From a virus: a stretch of DNA of 40,674 nt. Positions 6,494 through 15,154 of the stretch are shown one piece after another. Position numbers and translations under genes: made by a program. The stretch lies in the IMG/VR virus record IMGVR_UViG_3300043932_000061; one strand, given 5' to 3'. The notes beneath the pieces were generated by a model. That model was not told where the DNA came from. It did no database searches and worked only from the letters and a program-made list of their open reading frames with translations. Every line of letters starts with the position of its first letter. Within the stretch, counting starts at the first letter, position 1.

Positions 6494-8125
6494 ATGGGAC
6501 TATGGGCTAGCATTAAGAGTTTATTCAGGAAAGGAGGTGCTAAGTTAGGGATGATTAAATCACTAGGAGCTATTACAGATGATCCAAGAATTGCAGTGCC
6601 GGCAGAAGAATATACACGTATTCGCAGGGCTAAAGATTATTATTCTGATAAGCCTGTAGACGTTAAGTATTGGGTACTTGGTAATGAACGAAAGCGTAAG
6701 ATGAACACCGTCAATATGACGCAAAAAGCTTCTAAACGCCTAGCGTCAATTATCTTCAATGAACAATGTTCCATTAAGGTGAATGATAATGATTTACAAA
6801 AACAACTTGATGAGATTTTTCGTGAAAGTCGCTTTTACACAACATTTGAAACCAATCTACAGCGTGCTATAGCGTTAGGATCAAGTGCAATTAGGCCGTA
6901 TGTTGAAGATGACAAGATTAAATTGAATTGGTCTGACGCGTTAGGCGTATATCCATTGAATGCTAATACTACAGAAGTTAGAGAGATTGCATTAGCTCGT
7001 AAAATTGTTAAGACCGTTAACGATGAGCCACACTATTACACACTGCTAGAATTTCATCAATGGGGCAATAAACAAGCAGATGAGAACGGCCACGAATACA
7101 CACCTTACACAATTACTAATGAGCTGTATGAGTCAACTGATGAAAGCGAAACGGGCACTCAGGTATCTTTAAATTCAATTGAAGAGTATGCTGACTTGCC
7201 GAAACAAGCTACTTTTACGCATATAAATAAGCCCCTGTTTGCCTTCTATCGAAATCCTGGTGACAACAATAAGAGTTTTACTAGCCCACTAGGCTTAGGA
7301 CTATGTGATAATTGTCGGAATATCTTGGATGATATCAATTTGACACAGGACGGCTTTTATTGGGACGTTAAGACCGGCCGAAGACGTGTAATCATCCCTC
7401 AAAGCTGGGTAAGACGTCAAACTCAGATTAACGGCAATCCTATTCCGGAAAATCAGCAAATGTATTGGGACACAGATGATGATGTATTTGTGCCAGTTAA
7501 TGCCAGAATGGACGACAGCAGCGCCTTTAAGGATCTAACCATTAACATTCGTGCAGATCAATATCAAGCAGCGATGAGCTACTTCTTACATGAATTTGAG
7601 AATGAGATTGGATTAAGTGAAGGCACGTTCACAGCAACGCCTACTGGCATTCAGACAGCTACTGGTGTTGTCTCAAGCAACTCAATGACTTATCAAACTA
7701 GATCAAGTTACTTAACGCAGGTAGAGGACACTATAGACCAATTAGTTTATGCAATTGCTGAACTGCTACAGACACCAGAATTATGGAACGATCAACAGCC
7801 TAAATGGACCGGTGACTTAGATAGTTTAGTAATCACGCCTGACTTTAATGACGGCATATTCGTAGATCAAGATGCACAGTTTAAGAATGATTTATCAGCT
7901 CTTAACGCTGGTGCAATGCCTGTTAAAGAGTTTGTTAAGCGTAACTATAATTTGAGCGATGATGAGGCTGAAAACTGGGCGGAACAACTTCAAAAAGAAA
8001 AGGCCACACCAGCCCCTGACTTTGAGCAATTCAATCCATTAGCACTAGATACTAAGAACAAGGGAACTGATAAGCATGGATCCGGAACTAAACAAGATGA
8101 TGAAACAGGCAAGCAAAATAGTTGA
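6494..8125 (+). CDS. Portal protein (SPP1 gp6-like)
   Basis: 543 aa, directly after terL, with an acidic C-terminus. Confidence 0.85.
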   Translation: MGLWASIKSLFRKGGAKLGMIKSLGAITDDPRIAVPAEEYTRIRRAKDYYSDKPVDVKYWVLGNERKRKMNTVNMTQKASKRLASIIFNEQCSIKVNDNDLQKQLDEIFRESRFYTTFETNLQRAIALGSSAIRPYVEDDKIKLNWSDALGVYPLNANTTEVREIALARKIVKTVNDEPHYYTLLEFHQWGNKQADENGHEYTPYTITNELYESTDESETGTQVSLNSIEEYADLPKQATFTHINKPLFAFYRNPGDNNKSFTSPLGLGLCDNCRNILDDINLTQDGFYWDVKTGRRRVIIPQSWVRRQTQINGNPIPENQQMYWDTDDDVFVPVNARMDDSSAFKDLTINIRADQYQAAMSYFLHEFENEIGLSEGTFTATPTGIQTATGVVSSNSMTYQTRSSYLTQVEDTIDQLVYAIAELLQTPELWNDQQPKWTGDLDSLVITPDFNDGIFVDQDAQFKNDLSALNAGAMPVKEFVKRNYNLSDDEAENWAEQLQKEKATPAPDFEQFNPLALDTKNKGTDKHGSGTKQDDETGKQNS

Positions 8126-8924
8126 TTACTATGGTTACTTGCAACAGCATACCTTTTACTTGCTGATTGACGCTTTTAAAAAGCACAAGGGTATGCTTAC
8201 ACGTGTTGATGATAAAAGTATCTTAGAATGGCGTTTAAAGGCACTGGCTGAAATGGGTGGATTAACTGATAAAGTAGTTGACTTTATTGCTAAAAACATT
8301 GGCTATAGTAAACAGGCTATTTATGATCTTATTCAAGGCCAAGGTTTAACAGTTGCTAAAAGAATGAACAGTGAATTATCCACAGCATTAAAGCAACCAA
8401 TGCGAGGTGTGAGTGATGATACAGTAGCAATTATTAATGCTTATGCCGATCAAACCTTTAGAAATGTCAATAACTATGTTAATCAAACGCTGCTAACTAC
8501 TAATGTTCAAAAAAATAGTGCTCTTAAGACCTATCAGCAGATAGTAGACAAGACAGTGCTAGATGTATCTACTGGGAACAAGACAGCCGACAGGGCATTA
8601 AAAGACAACATTCTGCAATGGTATGACAAAGGTCTACCCACAGCCCTAACTGATAGAGGAGGACATGAATGGACGCTAGAAGGCTACACACGAACCGTTA
8701 TTACTTCTACAACACATCGAGTATTTAACGAAGCAAGAGCGCAATCTATGAAAGAGTTCGGAAGTGTGCTTGCTACTATGTCTAGTCATCCAGCAGCAAG
8801 ACCAGCTTGTGCACCTATTCAGGGCAAAGTGGTGTGTATTGTTCCTAAAAGTGATCCAAAGGCTGATCTTTCGTACCCTAATATTTACGATTATGGATAC
8901 GGCAAGCCGGCCGGCACACAGGGT
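8076..8924 (+). CDS. Minor head / head morphogenesis protein (SPP1 gp7 / Mu F-like), exon 1
   Basis: Lies after the portal gene. The reading frame stops 2 codons past the predicted 5' splice site. It ends ...YDYGYGKPAGTQG, just before the family's conserved NC(R/S)H motif. Confidence 0.75.
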
Positions 8925-9878
8925 AGACGTTAATGCCCTGTATAAACATTGTGAACCCTTAGCTTAGGGGTGTTTTAACGGTATTAATTGTCTACATAAA
9001 TGATATAATAGTTATATAGATTAATATTGTTAAAGCTAACGGGGAAAGCCTAATTTAGGTTAATCCCGTGCCAAGTTTAAGAGGTTCTCAGCGATGAATA
9101 AAACTATTGGAATTTATATAATTATTAATAAGGCAACTGGTAAAGTATATATTGGTCAGTCAACTGATATTCATCAAAGATTTATAGATCACTTTAAAAA
9201 AAGTGCAATAAATCAAAGACCTTATAATTTACATAAAGATATTGCTAAATATGGGATTCAAAATTTTAGTAAAAAAATCTTAGAAGAATGCAAAATCTCA
9301 GATCTTGATTTTTTAGAGAAAAAATGGATATTACTTTACAGAAAAAGAAATATTCCAATGTATAACGTAATAGACGGCGCTCCTACTAACGCTGAAAATA
9401 TGGCAAAAGCCAAAAGCGTTCAATTTTCTCAAATGAATAAAAGAAACTGGCAAAACAAAGAATATAGAGAAAGACATTCTAAGCTATCTAGTCAAATTCA
9501 AAAAGAAAGGCTAAAAGATCCAAAATATTTAGCAAAGAAAAGCCAGCAATTAAAAAAATACACTGATTCTCTTAAAAAGAGAGTTGGTCAATATACTAAA
9601 GATGGCAAACTAATTAACACTTTTGATGGTGTGCGAGAAGCTGAAAGAGCAACTGGCATAAATTCAAGACAAATTAGTGCAGTTTGCTTACACAAAAAGT
9701 ATAGAAAGAGTGCTGGCGGTTATCGCTGGGAATTTATTAAAAAGGTGTAGAGACTATCGAAAGAGTAAAAATCGAGTAGAGTAGACCGGAAGACAAGCTA
9801 CCGGTCGAAGTGCAATGCGAGGCGAAAGCCTTAGATGATATAGTCCGACACTTGTAGTAATACAAGATTACAGAAAAG
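8925..9878 (+). mobile_element. Group I intron carrying a GIY-YIG homing endonuclease gene
   Basis: P1: exon ACAGGGT (8918-24) pairs with intron GCCCTGT (8935-41), with U.G at the splice site. The last intron base is G9878. GNRA hairpins AGGC-GAAA-GCCT (9820-31) and CTTGTA-GTAA-TACAAG (9851-66), plus helix GACCGG/CCGGTC (9784-9806). Splicing restores an in-frame ...GTQG|INCSHILYPYIKGVS... Confidence 0.75.
9094..9750 (+). CDS. GIY-YIG homing endonuclease (intron-encoded)
   Basis: GIYIIINKATGKVYIGQS...R..DH motif. C-terminal I-TevI-like DNA-binding repeat (GINSRQISAV...GGYRWEF). Extended -10 TGATATAAT at 9001-9009. Confidence 0.85.
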   Translation: MNKTIGIYIIINKATGKVYIGQSTDIHQRFIDHFKKSAINQRPYNLHKDIAKYGIQNFSKKILEECKISDLDFLEKKWILLYRKRNIPMYNVIDGAPTNAENMAKAKSVQFSQMNKRNWQNKEYRERHSKLSSQIQKERLKDPKYLAKKSQQLKKYTDSLKKRVGQYTKDGKLINTFDGVREAERATGINSRQISAVCLHKKYRKSAGGYRWEFIKKV

Positions 9879-10175
9879 ATTAACTGTAGCCACATTCTTT
9901 ATCCTTACATAAAGGGTGTGTCTCATAACTTTCAAAAGCATTATGATCCTGAACAAGCTGTTAAAAACGCTAAAATACAACAACAGCAAAGATATTATGA
10001 ACGTAGTATTAGGCATCTTAAACGAAAAAAAGAACTTGCTGAAAGGGATGATGATCCCGAAAGTGTTAGAAAACTAAATCAAGGTATTAGAGGCTATCAA
10101 GCTAAATTAAGACAAATCGTCAAAGATAATGATTTCTTAGCACGACAATATAGCCGTGAACAAATAATAATATAG
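9879..10175 (+). CDS. Minor head protein, exon 2
   Basis: The frame is open from 9879 (INCSHILYPYIKGVSHNFQKHYDPEQ...), and the track ORF 9918..10175 is its tail. No SD or ATG of its own. Confidence 0.7.
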   Translation: MNCSHILYPYIKGVSHNFQKHYDPEQAVKNAKIQQQQRYYERSIRHLKRKKELAERDDDPESVRKLNQGIRGYQAKLRQIVKDNDFLARQYSREQIII

Positions 10176-10269
10176 AAATAAATCGACCTGAGTAAGTCGC
10201 TAAACTTCTCTTTTATTATGCTCTGAACGAGGTCGTCCCTCGTATAAATTAAACGTTAGGAGAACCAAA

Positions 10270-10899
10270 ATGGAACGTGATTTTTTAGAAAAACAAGGCT
10301 TAAATGCTGATCAGATCAAAGCTGTTATGGCACAAAATGGTAAGGAAACAAATGCCTTACGTGATGACTATGACCGTAAACTAGCTAGCTTAAACGATCA
10401 AGTAGACGGCTATAAGTCACAGATCTCAGACCGAGACAAGCAAATTAAGACCTTGGGTAGTCAAGCAAAGAATAATGAAGAGCTTAAAGCTAAAGTAGCT
10501 GAATTTGAAAAGGCTAATAAAGAAAAGGACAAAGAATGGTCCAGTAAGTTAGCCAGACAGCGCAAGGAGTTTGCTGTTTCAACGGCTCTCAGTAAAGCTG
10601 GAGCACTTGAAAACAAGGCTGTCCTACCTTTTATTGATACTGGTAAGGTATCACTCGATGAAAATGGTAACTTACTTGGTTTTCAAGAACAAGTTGATGC
10701 TGCTAAACAAAATTACGGCTTTTTATTCAAAAAGGATGAGCCAGCAGAACCACAAAAGCCGGCTACTCACGTAGTTGTTTCAGGGAATGGCACATCCGAA
10801 GTCCCACAAGATCCATCTAAGATGACACTTTCACAACAAAATGAATTGTATAAGGAAGATCCTTCGAGATGGACACAATTATTTAGAAAGAAGCAATAG
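10270..10899 (+). CDS. Capsid scaffolding protein
   Basis: Coiled-coil, charged 209-aa protein directly upstream of the major capsid gene. Confidence 0.7.
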   Translation: MERDFLEKQGLNADQIKAVMAQNGKETNALRDDYDRKLASLNDQVDGYKSQISDRDKQIKTLGSQAKNNEELKAKVAEFEKANKEKDKEWSSKLARQRKEFAVSTALSKAGALENKAVLPFIDTGKVSLDENGNLLGFQEQVDAAKQNYGFLFKKDEPAEPQKPATHVVVSGNGTSEVPQDPSKMTLSQQNELYKEDPSRWTQLFRKKQ

Positions 10900-10903
10900 A
10901 TAA

Positions 10904-11941
10904 ATGGCAGAAACACACTTAAAAGACCTTATTATCCCAGAAGTTTTTGATAACTGGGTGCAAAATGATTCTACAAAGACAAATAATTTAGTAAATTCCG
11001 GTATTCTTACTCCCGATCCTGATTTAGACGGTAGATTAATGGATGCAGGTACAAAAGTTATCATTCCTTTCATTAATGACTTAGAGGGAGATGCCGATAA
11101 TTGGACAGATGATGTAGATATTGAGGTATCAAACCTTACTTCAGGTTCACAAGTCGGTATGAAGTTCTATCAAGCAAAAGCTTTTGGCCAAACTGATATT
11201 TCAACATTAATTTCAGGAGCACCAGTTTCTGAACGAATTGGTAGTCGTTTCTCTAACTTTTGGAACACTTGTGACGAAACTATGTTACTCGCTGTTTTGA
11301 ATGGTGCATTCCAAGTTGATGATGTGGCAAACGCAAAAATCTTAGACTTAACTGCAAAGTCCCCAACTAGTGCTGAATTTAGCGCAAAAGGATTTATTGC
11401 TGCACTAGGATTAATGGGAGATCAACCAGAAAACTTATTGACTGGTATTGTCGTTAACTCAGCAACTTACGCAATGATGAAAGCACAAAACTTAATTGAT
11501 ACTATTCAACCTTCAAACGGTGGGAATCCAATTAATGTATATAACGGTAAGCAGGTAGTTATTGACGATGCTATTCCAGTAGAAACAGCAAGCAGCAAAT
11601 CTACATCAGTAGCTTACTTGTTTGGAGCTGGTGCTGTTCGTTACTCTAGTCAACTTTACGGCACAAAAGTAGTAGACGAGCCACTTAAACAAGGTGGACG
11701 TGAAAGTGTTGTTCAAAAGCGTGTTGGCTGTATCCATCCAGCAGGTATTTCAATTGATCCAGCCTTTGTGCCAGACAAACCTAATTTTCCAACTCCAGAC
11801 GATTTCAAGAAGAAGGCAGCTTGGACATTACCAAAGGGAATGGATGTACGCAATGTGCGCTTAGTTCAATACAAATTCCAACTTGATCCGTTATTTGTAC
11901 CTGCTAGCACTCCAAAAGCAACAAGCGGTTTAGGAAAATAA
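10904..11941 (+). CDS. Major capsid protein
   Basis: 345 aa, lies after the scaffold gene; synteny with SPP1-like head modules. Confidence 0.8.
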   Translation: MAETHLKDLIIPEVFDNWVQNDSTKTNNLVNSGILTPDPDLDGRLMDAGTKVIIPFINDLEGDADNWTDDVDIEVSNLTSGSQVGMKFYQAKAFGQTDISTLISGAPVSERIGSRFSNFWNTCDETMLLAVLNGAFQVDDVANAKILDLTAKSPTSAEFSAKGFIAALGLMGDQPENLLTGIVVNSATYAMMKAQNLIDTIQPSNGGNPINVYNGKQVVIDDAIPVETASSKSTSVAYLFGAGAVRYSSQLYGTKVVDEPLKQGGRESVVQKRVGCIHPAGISIDPAFVPDKPNFPTPDDFKKKAAWTLPKGMDVRNVRLVQYKFQLDPLFVPASTPKATSGLGK

Positions 11942-11966
11942 CAATTAATTGAGTAGGAGGTTCTTG

Positions 11967-12356
11967 ATGCAATTACTTAGCCAAAATGAATTTCAAGAAC
12001 TAACAAACAGATCTACTAATGCTGATTTTGACACTCTTGAAAAAGCCGCTGAGAACATGATTAATCCTTTAACAGGGATGTATTATGAACGCAATTCAAT
12101 TGATGAAGATACTGATGCAAATCGTGTTAAGTGGTTTAAGAAAGCACTGGCTTTACAGATTGAGTATATGGACGATATTGGCGCAACTAGTACATATGAG
12201 ATGGCCCAAAAAGACGTTAAAAGTATCTCAATTGATGGAACGAGCGTCTCAACAGGTACTAGTCCAACGGATTCGGCAACTAATGGTGTATACAATCTAG
12301 CATTAGAATATCTTTTCTATACTGGCTTGCTTTATAGAGGTGTTTCATCATGTTAA
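11967..12356 (+). CDS. Head-tail connector protein (gp6-like)
   Basis: Position; SD TAGGAGG precedes the ATG at 11967 (track ORF starts at 11949). Confidence 0.55.
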   Translation: MQLLSQNEFQELTNRSTNADFDTLEKAAENMINPLTGMYYERNSIDEDTDANRVKWFKKALALQIEYMDDIGATSTYEMAQKDVKSISIDGTSVSTGTSPTDSATNGVYNLALEYLFYTGLLYRGVSSC

Positions 12357-12700
12357 AGCCACCAAAGTCAATGTGCAATCAATCCATTATCATTAAACGC
12401 AAAGTTAAAGATGATTTATATGGTGAAGCTACTTACGATGATGGTGTTCAGATTGATAATTGCGTGGTTCATTTACGGACCATCTATTCAGGCACTAACA
12501 ACAATCGGCAGATTGTCGCAAATGGTACTGTAATGTTTTATAAAGATATATCAGAGCCACTTATTTCACTATCTAAGCAAGATATTGAAAATAAGGCGAA
12601 GATTATCTATGAAGACCAAGAATACACGCTAACCAATATAAACGAAGACTACGAGCCTTTTAGCAAAGAAATCTATCAATATAGGCTATCAATGATTTGA
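12350..12700 (+). CDS. Head closure / head-tail adaptor protein
   Basis: Synteny only. Confidence 0.45.
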   Translation: MLKPPKSMCNQSIIIKRKVKDDLYGEATYDDGVQIDNCVVHLRTIYSGTNNNRQIVANGTVMFYKDISEPLISLSKQDIENKAKIIYEDQEYTLTNINEDYEPFSKEIYQYRLSMI

Positions 12701-12709
12701 GGTGAGAGG

Positions 12710-13081
12710 ATGGGTATTAAAGTACATGTAGATATTGCAAAATTGCAGCAGAAACTAAATGATGCCCAGTTAAGACGTGGCCGTTTGGCTATGGCTAACG
12801 ATGCTCATCAAGCAATGGAAAAATACGTGCCTAAAAAAGAAGGTACTTTGCGAGAAACTTCAAAGGTGGCAACTGATGGTTCTAGCGTGTATTATGTGCA
12901 GCCTTATGCTAGGGCACAATTTTATGGATTTATCACCAATCAATACGGTGGACCATTTAGGATACATAATTACTCCACGCCCGGAACATCAAGACGCTGG
13001 GATTTAAGGCTTAAGGGTAATTTATCGGAGATGGCAATGGTTAAAGAAGCATTTATCAATGGGGCAAAATGGCATGAGTGA
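12710..13081 (+). CDS. Tail-completion / 'minor capsid protein' family protein
   Basis: Synteny, plus an EKYVPKKEGTLRE...PYARAQFYG pattern recalled from siphovirus neck proteins. Confidence 0.5.
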   Translation: MGIKVHVDIAKLQQKLNDAQLRRGRLAMANDAHQAMEKYVPKKEGTLRETSKVATDGSSVYYVQPYARAQFYGFITNQYGGPFRIHNYSTPGTSRRWDLRLKGNLSEMAMVKEAFINGAKWHE

Positions 13082-13475
13082 TGTAAAATTCGATTTACAA
13101 GAAGCACTTGCTGAATCAATTATCAAGGGTACAGGATTGCCAATTAAAATTGCTTATTTAGCGCCTGATAACTCCATTGGGCTAGTCCCAGAACAAGGAT
13201 CACATAAGATTTCAACTGACTTTAGCGGTCGTGAGTATTGGGTATATAACTACGCAATTACCGAACGTGGCAAAAGTGGCCGAGATATCAAGAATGATCT
13301 ATTTAAGATCAGCATGTATTTAAACGATTTAGAGCTAGGAGCTATCAAAAGTGATGATAATACCTTCACCTTTGACAAAATTAATGTTTCAAGCGCTCCT
13401 AGTGAGACAGAACAAGATTTACAAGGAACAGTAACGTATTTATTAGACGTTGCTGTTTTTGTTTATACGAAATAA
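13059..13475 (+). CDS. Tail terminator / neck protein
   Basis: Synteny; the start may be the ATG at 13074. Confidence 0.45.
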   Translation: MGQNGMSDVKFDLQEALAESIIKGTGLPIKIAYLAPDNSIGLVPEQGSHKISTDFSGREYWVYNYAITERGKSGRDIKNDLFKISMYLNDLELGAIKSDDNTFTFDKINVSSAPSETEQDLQGTVTYLLDVAVFVYTK

Positions 13476-13489
13476 AAGGAGATTAAAGA

Positions 13490-14089
13490 ATGGCAACAAA
13501 TTTAGTTCAAATTAAAGGGACAGAACTCCCTACTGACGGTGCAGCATTAAACGTTGCTAATCGTCTTTATATTGATACTACTGACAACGATGAAGACTTA
13601 ACAGATATTACTACTGGTAAGTGGGCTTGGTTAGCCCGTGGTATTAGTGAAATTACTCCATCTTGGCAAGAAAAAACGCAAAAGACGGCTTACTACGATG
13701 GAGATGGTCACGATGACACCGAAGTAACTGGTAAATCTATGCAATTGGCTGTTAAAGGTGTTCGCTACTTAGGCGATCCAGCACAAGATTACATTGACGG
13801 TAAGCAATATGCTATTGGATCAGCTGCTAAAACCCGTGTATTGTGGATCAACAATGGCATGCCTGTAGTTTCAGCATGTACTTTAACCGCAGTAACTCCA
13901 ACCGGTGGTGCAGCTGATGCACAACAAAACTTCTCACTTACTATTGCCTTTAACGGTGCACCAAAGACAACCACAGGAAAGTTAACTTTGAATGAATCAG
14001 ATCAAGCCCGCGTGTTTACTGCTTCTGTTGGCGATAAGACACCAGCAGTTCCTTCAACAGGAACGCACGATACACAAAATCAACATTAG
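13490..14089 (+). CDS. Major tail protein
   Basis: Strong SD; position just before the chaperones and tape measure. Confidence 0.7.
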   Translation: MATNLVQIKGTELPTDGAALNVANRLYIDTTDNDEDLTDITTGKWAWLARGISEITPSWQEKTQKTAYYDGDGHDDTEVTGKSMQLAVKGVRYLGDPAQDYIDGKQYAIGSAAKTRVLWINNGMPVVSACTLTAVTPTGGAADAQQNFSLTIAFNGAPKTTTGKLTLNESDQARVFTASVGDKTPAVPSTGTHDTQNQH

Positions 14090-14100
14090 GAGGTTAGTCA

Positions 14101-14529
14101 ATGTCAATTATTGATTTAGATAAGCGAATTAAAGTAGATAACAAGGTAGATGTTAAGCTGGCTGGCAAGACTTATAAGATCTTGTTTGATGATAATTTTC
14201 AAAAGACTGTAGCAAAAGCTTCTGTTGAAGTCATGAACGGTCTTAAAGCTTTAGATGATCCAAACTGGGAAGATAAAGATATGGCTGTTCAAAAGAAAGA
14301 CGTAGAGAATAGTTTCAACTCTGTGAAAGCGTCAGCTATTTCAGCATTGGATAAACTCTTGGGCAATGGAGAAGGTAAGCGACTTTACAATTATTACAAC
14401 TATTCAACTGATGCCTTAGGTGCTGTACTAAATGCTTTAAATGATGAAGCGATTAAATCTGTTGAAGTTAAGGAAAAGAAGCGCAAGAAACTTAAGCACT
14501 TAGCTACTCCTACCTCAGCAAGAAGTTAA
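14101..14529 (+). CDS. Tail assembly chaperone
   Basis: Position between the major tail protein and the tape measure. Confidence 0.55.
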   Translation: MSIIDLDKRIKVDNKVDVKLAGKTYKILFDDNFQKTVAKASVEVMNGLKALDDPNWEDKDMAVQKKDVENSFNSVKASAISALDKLLGNGEGKRLYNYYNYSTDALGAVLNALNDEAIKSVEVKEKKRKKLKHLATPTSARS

Positions 14530-14533
14530 AACT

Positions 14534-15151
14534 ATGTTAAGTCTAACTGATACGCCTTTATCAGCTATCAAGTTTGACGGAGAGACATATCAAATAAATT
14601 TGGCTTTTGATAACGTAATCAAGTATTTAGAGCTAGTAGAAGATGATAGTGAAAACAAGGAACTAGAAGCCCTTAAATTATTCTTTGGCAACCAAGAAAT
14701 ACCTTTAGATCCTGATTTTATTGAGAGCAGTTTCAAGTTAATCAACGAAACCATTACTAAATCAGCATATCAAGGTAGTTCTTCGGAGGATTGGAGCATG
14801 AATATAGCACCACAGCATATTTACTCATATAAGCAAGATGCTGATGCTATTTACTCTTCTTTTATGATGCAGTATCACATAGACCTTCTTAAAGAGCGCG
14901 GAAAAATGCACTGGTGTGTATTCCGTGCTCTTTTTGATGGACTGAATGAAGATACACCAATCCAAAGAATAATTGAACTAAGACAAAAGAATTTAACCGA
15001 TGTACCCGATGAACAACTAGGCAAGGTAATGCAACTTCAACAGTATTACGCTTTGAAGTTAAAGAAACCTAAGACTGAAGAAGATGTCTTTAACAGTAGT
15101 TCCTTATCATCTGCCTTTGCTTCCTTGATAAATACAGCGAAAGGAGGTTAG
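14534..15151 (+). CDS. Tail assembly protein (Gp15-like)
   Basis: Position immediately upstream of the tape measure. Confidence 0.5.
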   Translation: MLSLTDTPLSAIKFDGETYQINLAFDNVIKYLELVEDDSENKELEALKLFFGNQEIPLDPDFIESSFKLINETITKSAYQGSSSEDWSMNIAPQHIYSYKQDADAIYSSFMMQYHIDLLKERGKMHWCVFRALFDGLNEDTPIQRIIELRQKNLTDVPDEQLGKVMQLQQYYALKLKKPKTEEDVFNSSSLSSAFASLINTAKGG

Positions 15152-15154
15152 TAA

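Noticed and set aside
8764-8967. 67-aa ORF overlapping the end of minor head exon 1 and the intron start
   Set aside because: It is an alternative frame of a supported CDS, crosses the splice site, and has no translation signals.
14504-14536. Programmed frameshift between the two tail chaperone ORFs
   Set aside because: The second frame is open only from 14504. I see no slippery heptamer in the 26-nt overlap window, the shift would have to be +1/-2, and the second ORF has its own ATG. This is not excluded, but it is unsupported.
2640-15151. Several proteins end in ...GG (GSRGG, GSKGG, AKGG), which could suggest a processing or ubiquitin-like motif
   Set aside because: In each case the terminal codons are the AGGAGG-type ribosome-binding site of the next, tightly coupled gene. 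The Gly-Gly ending is a by-product of that.
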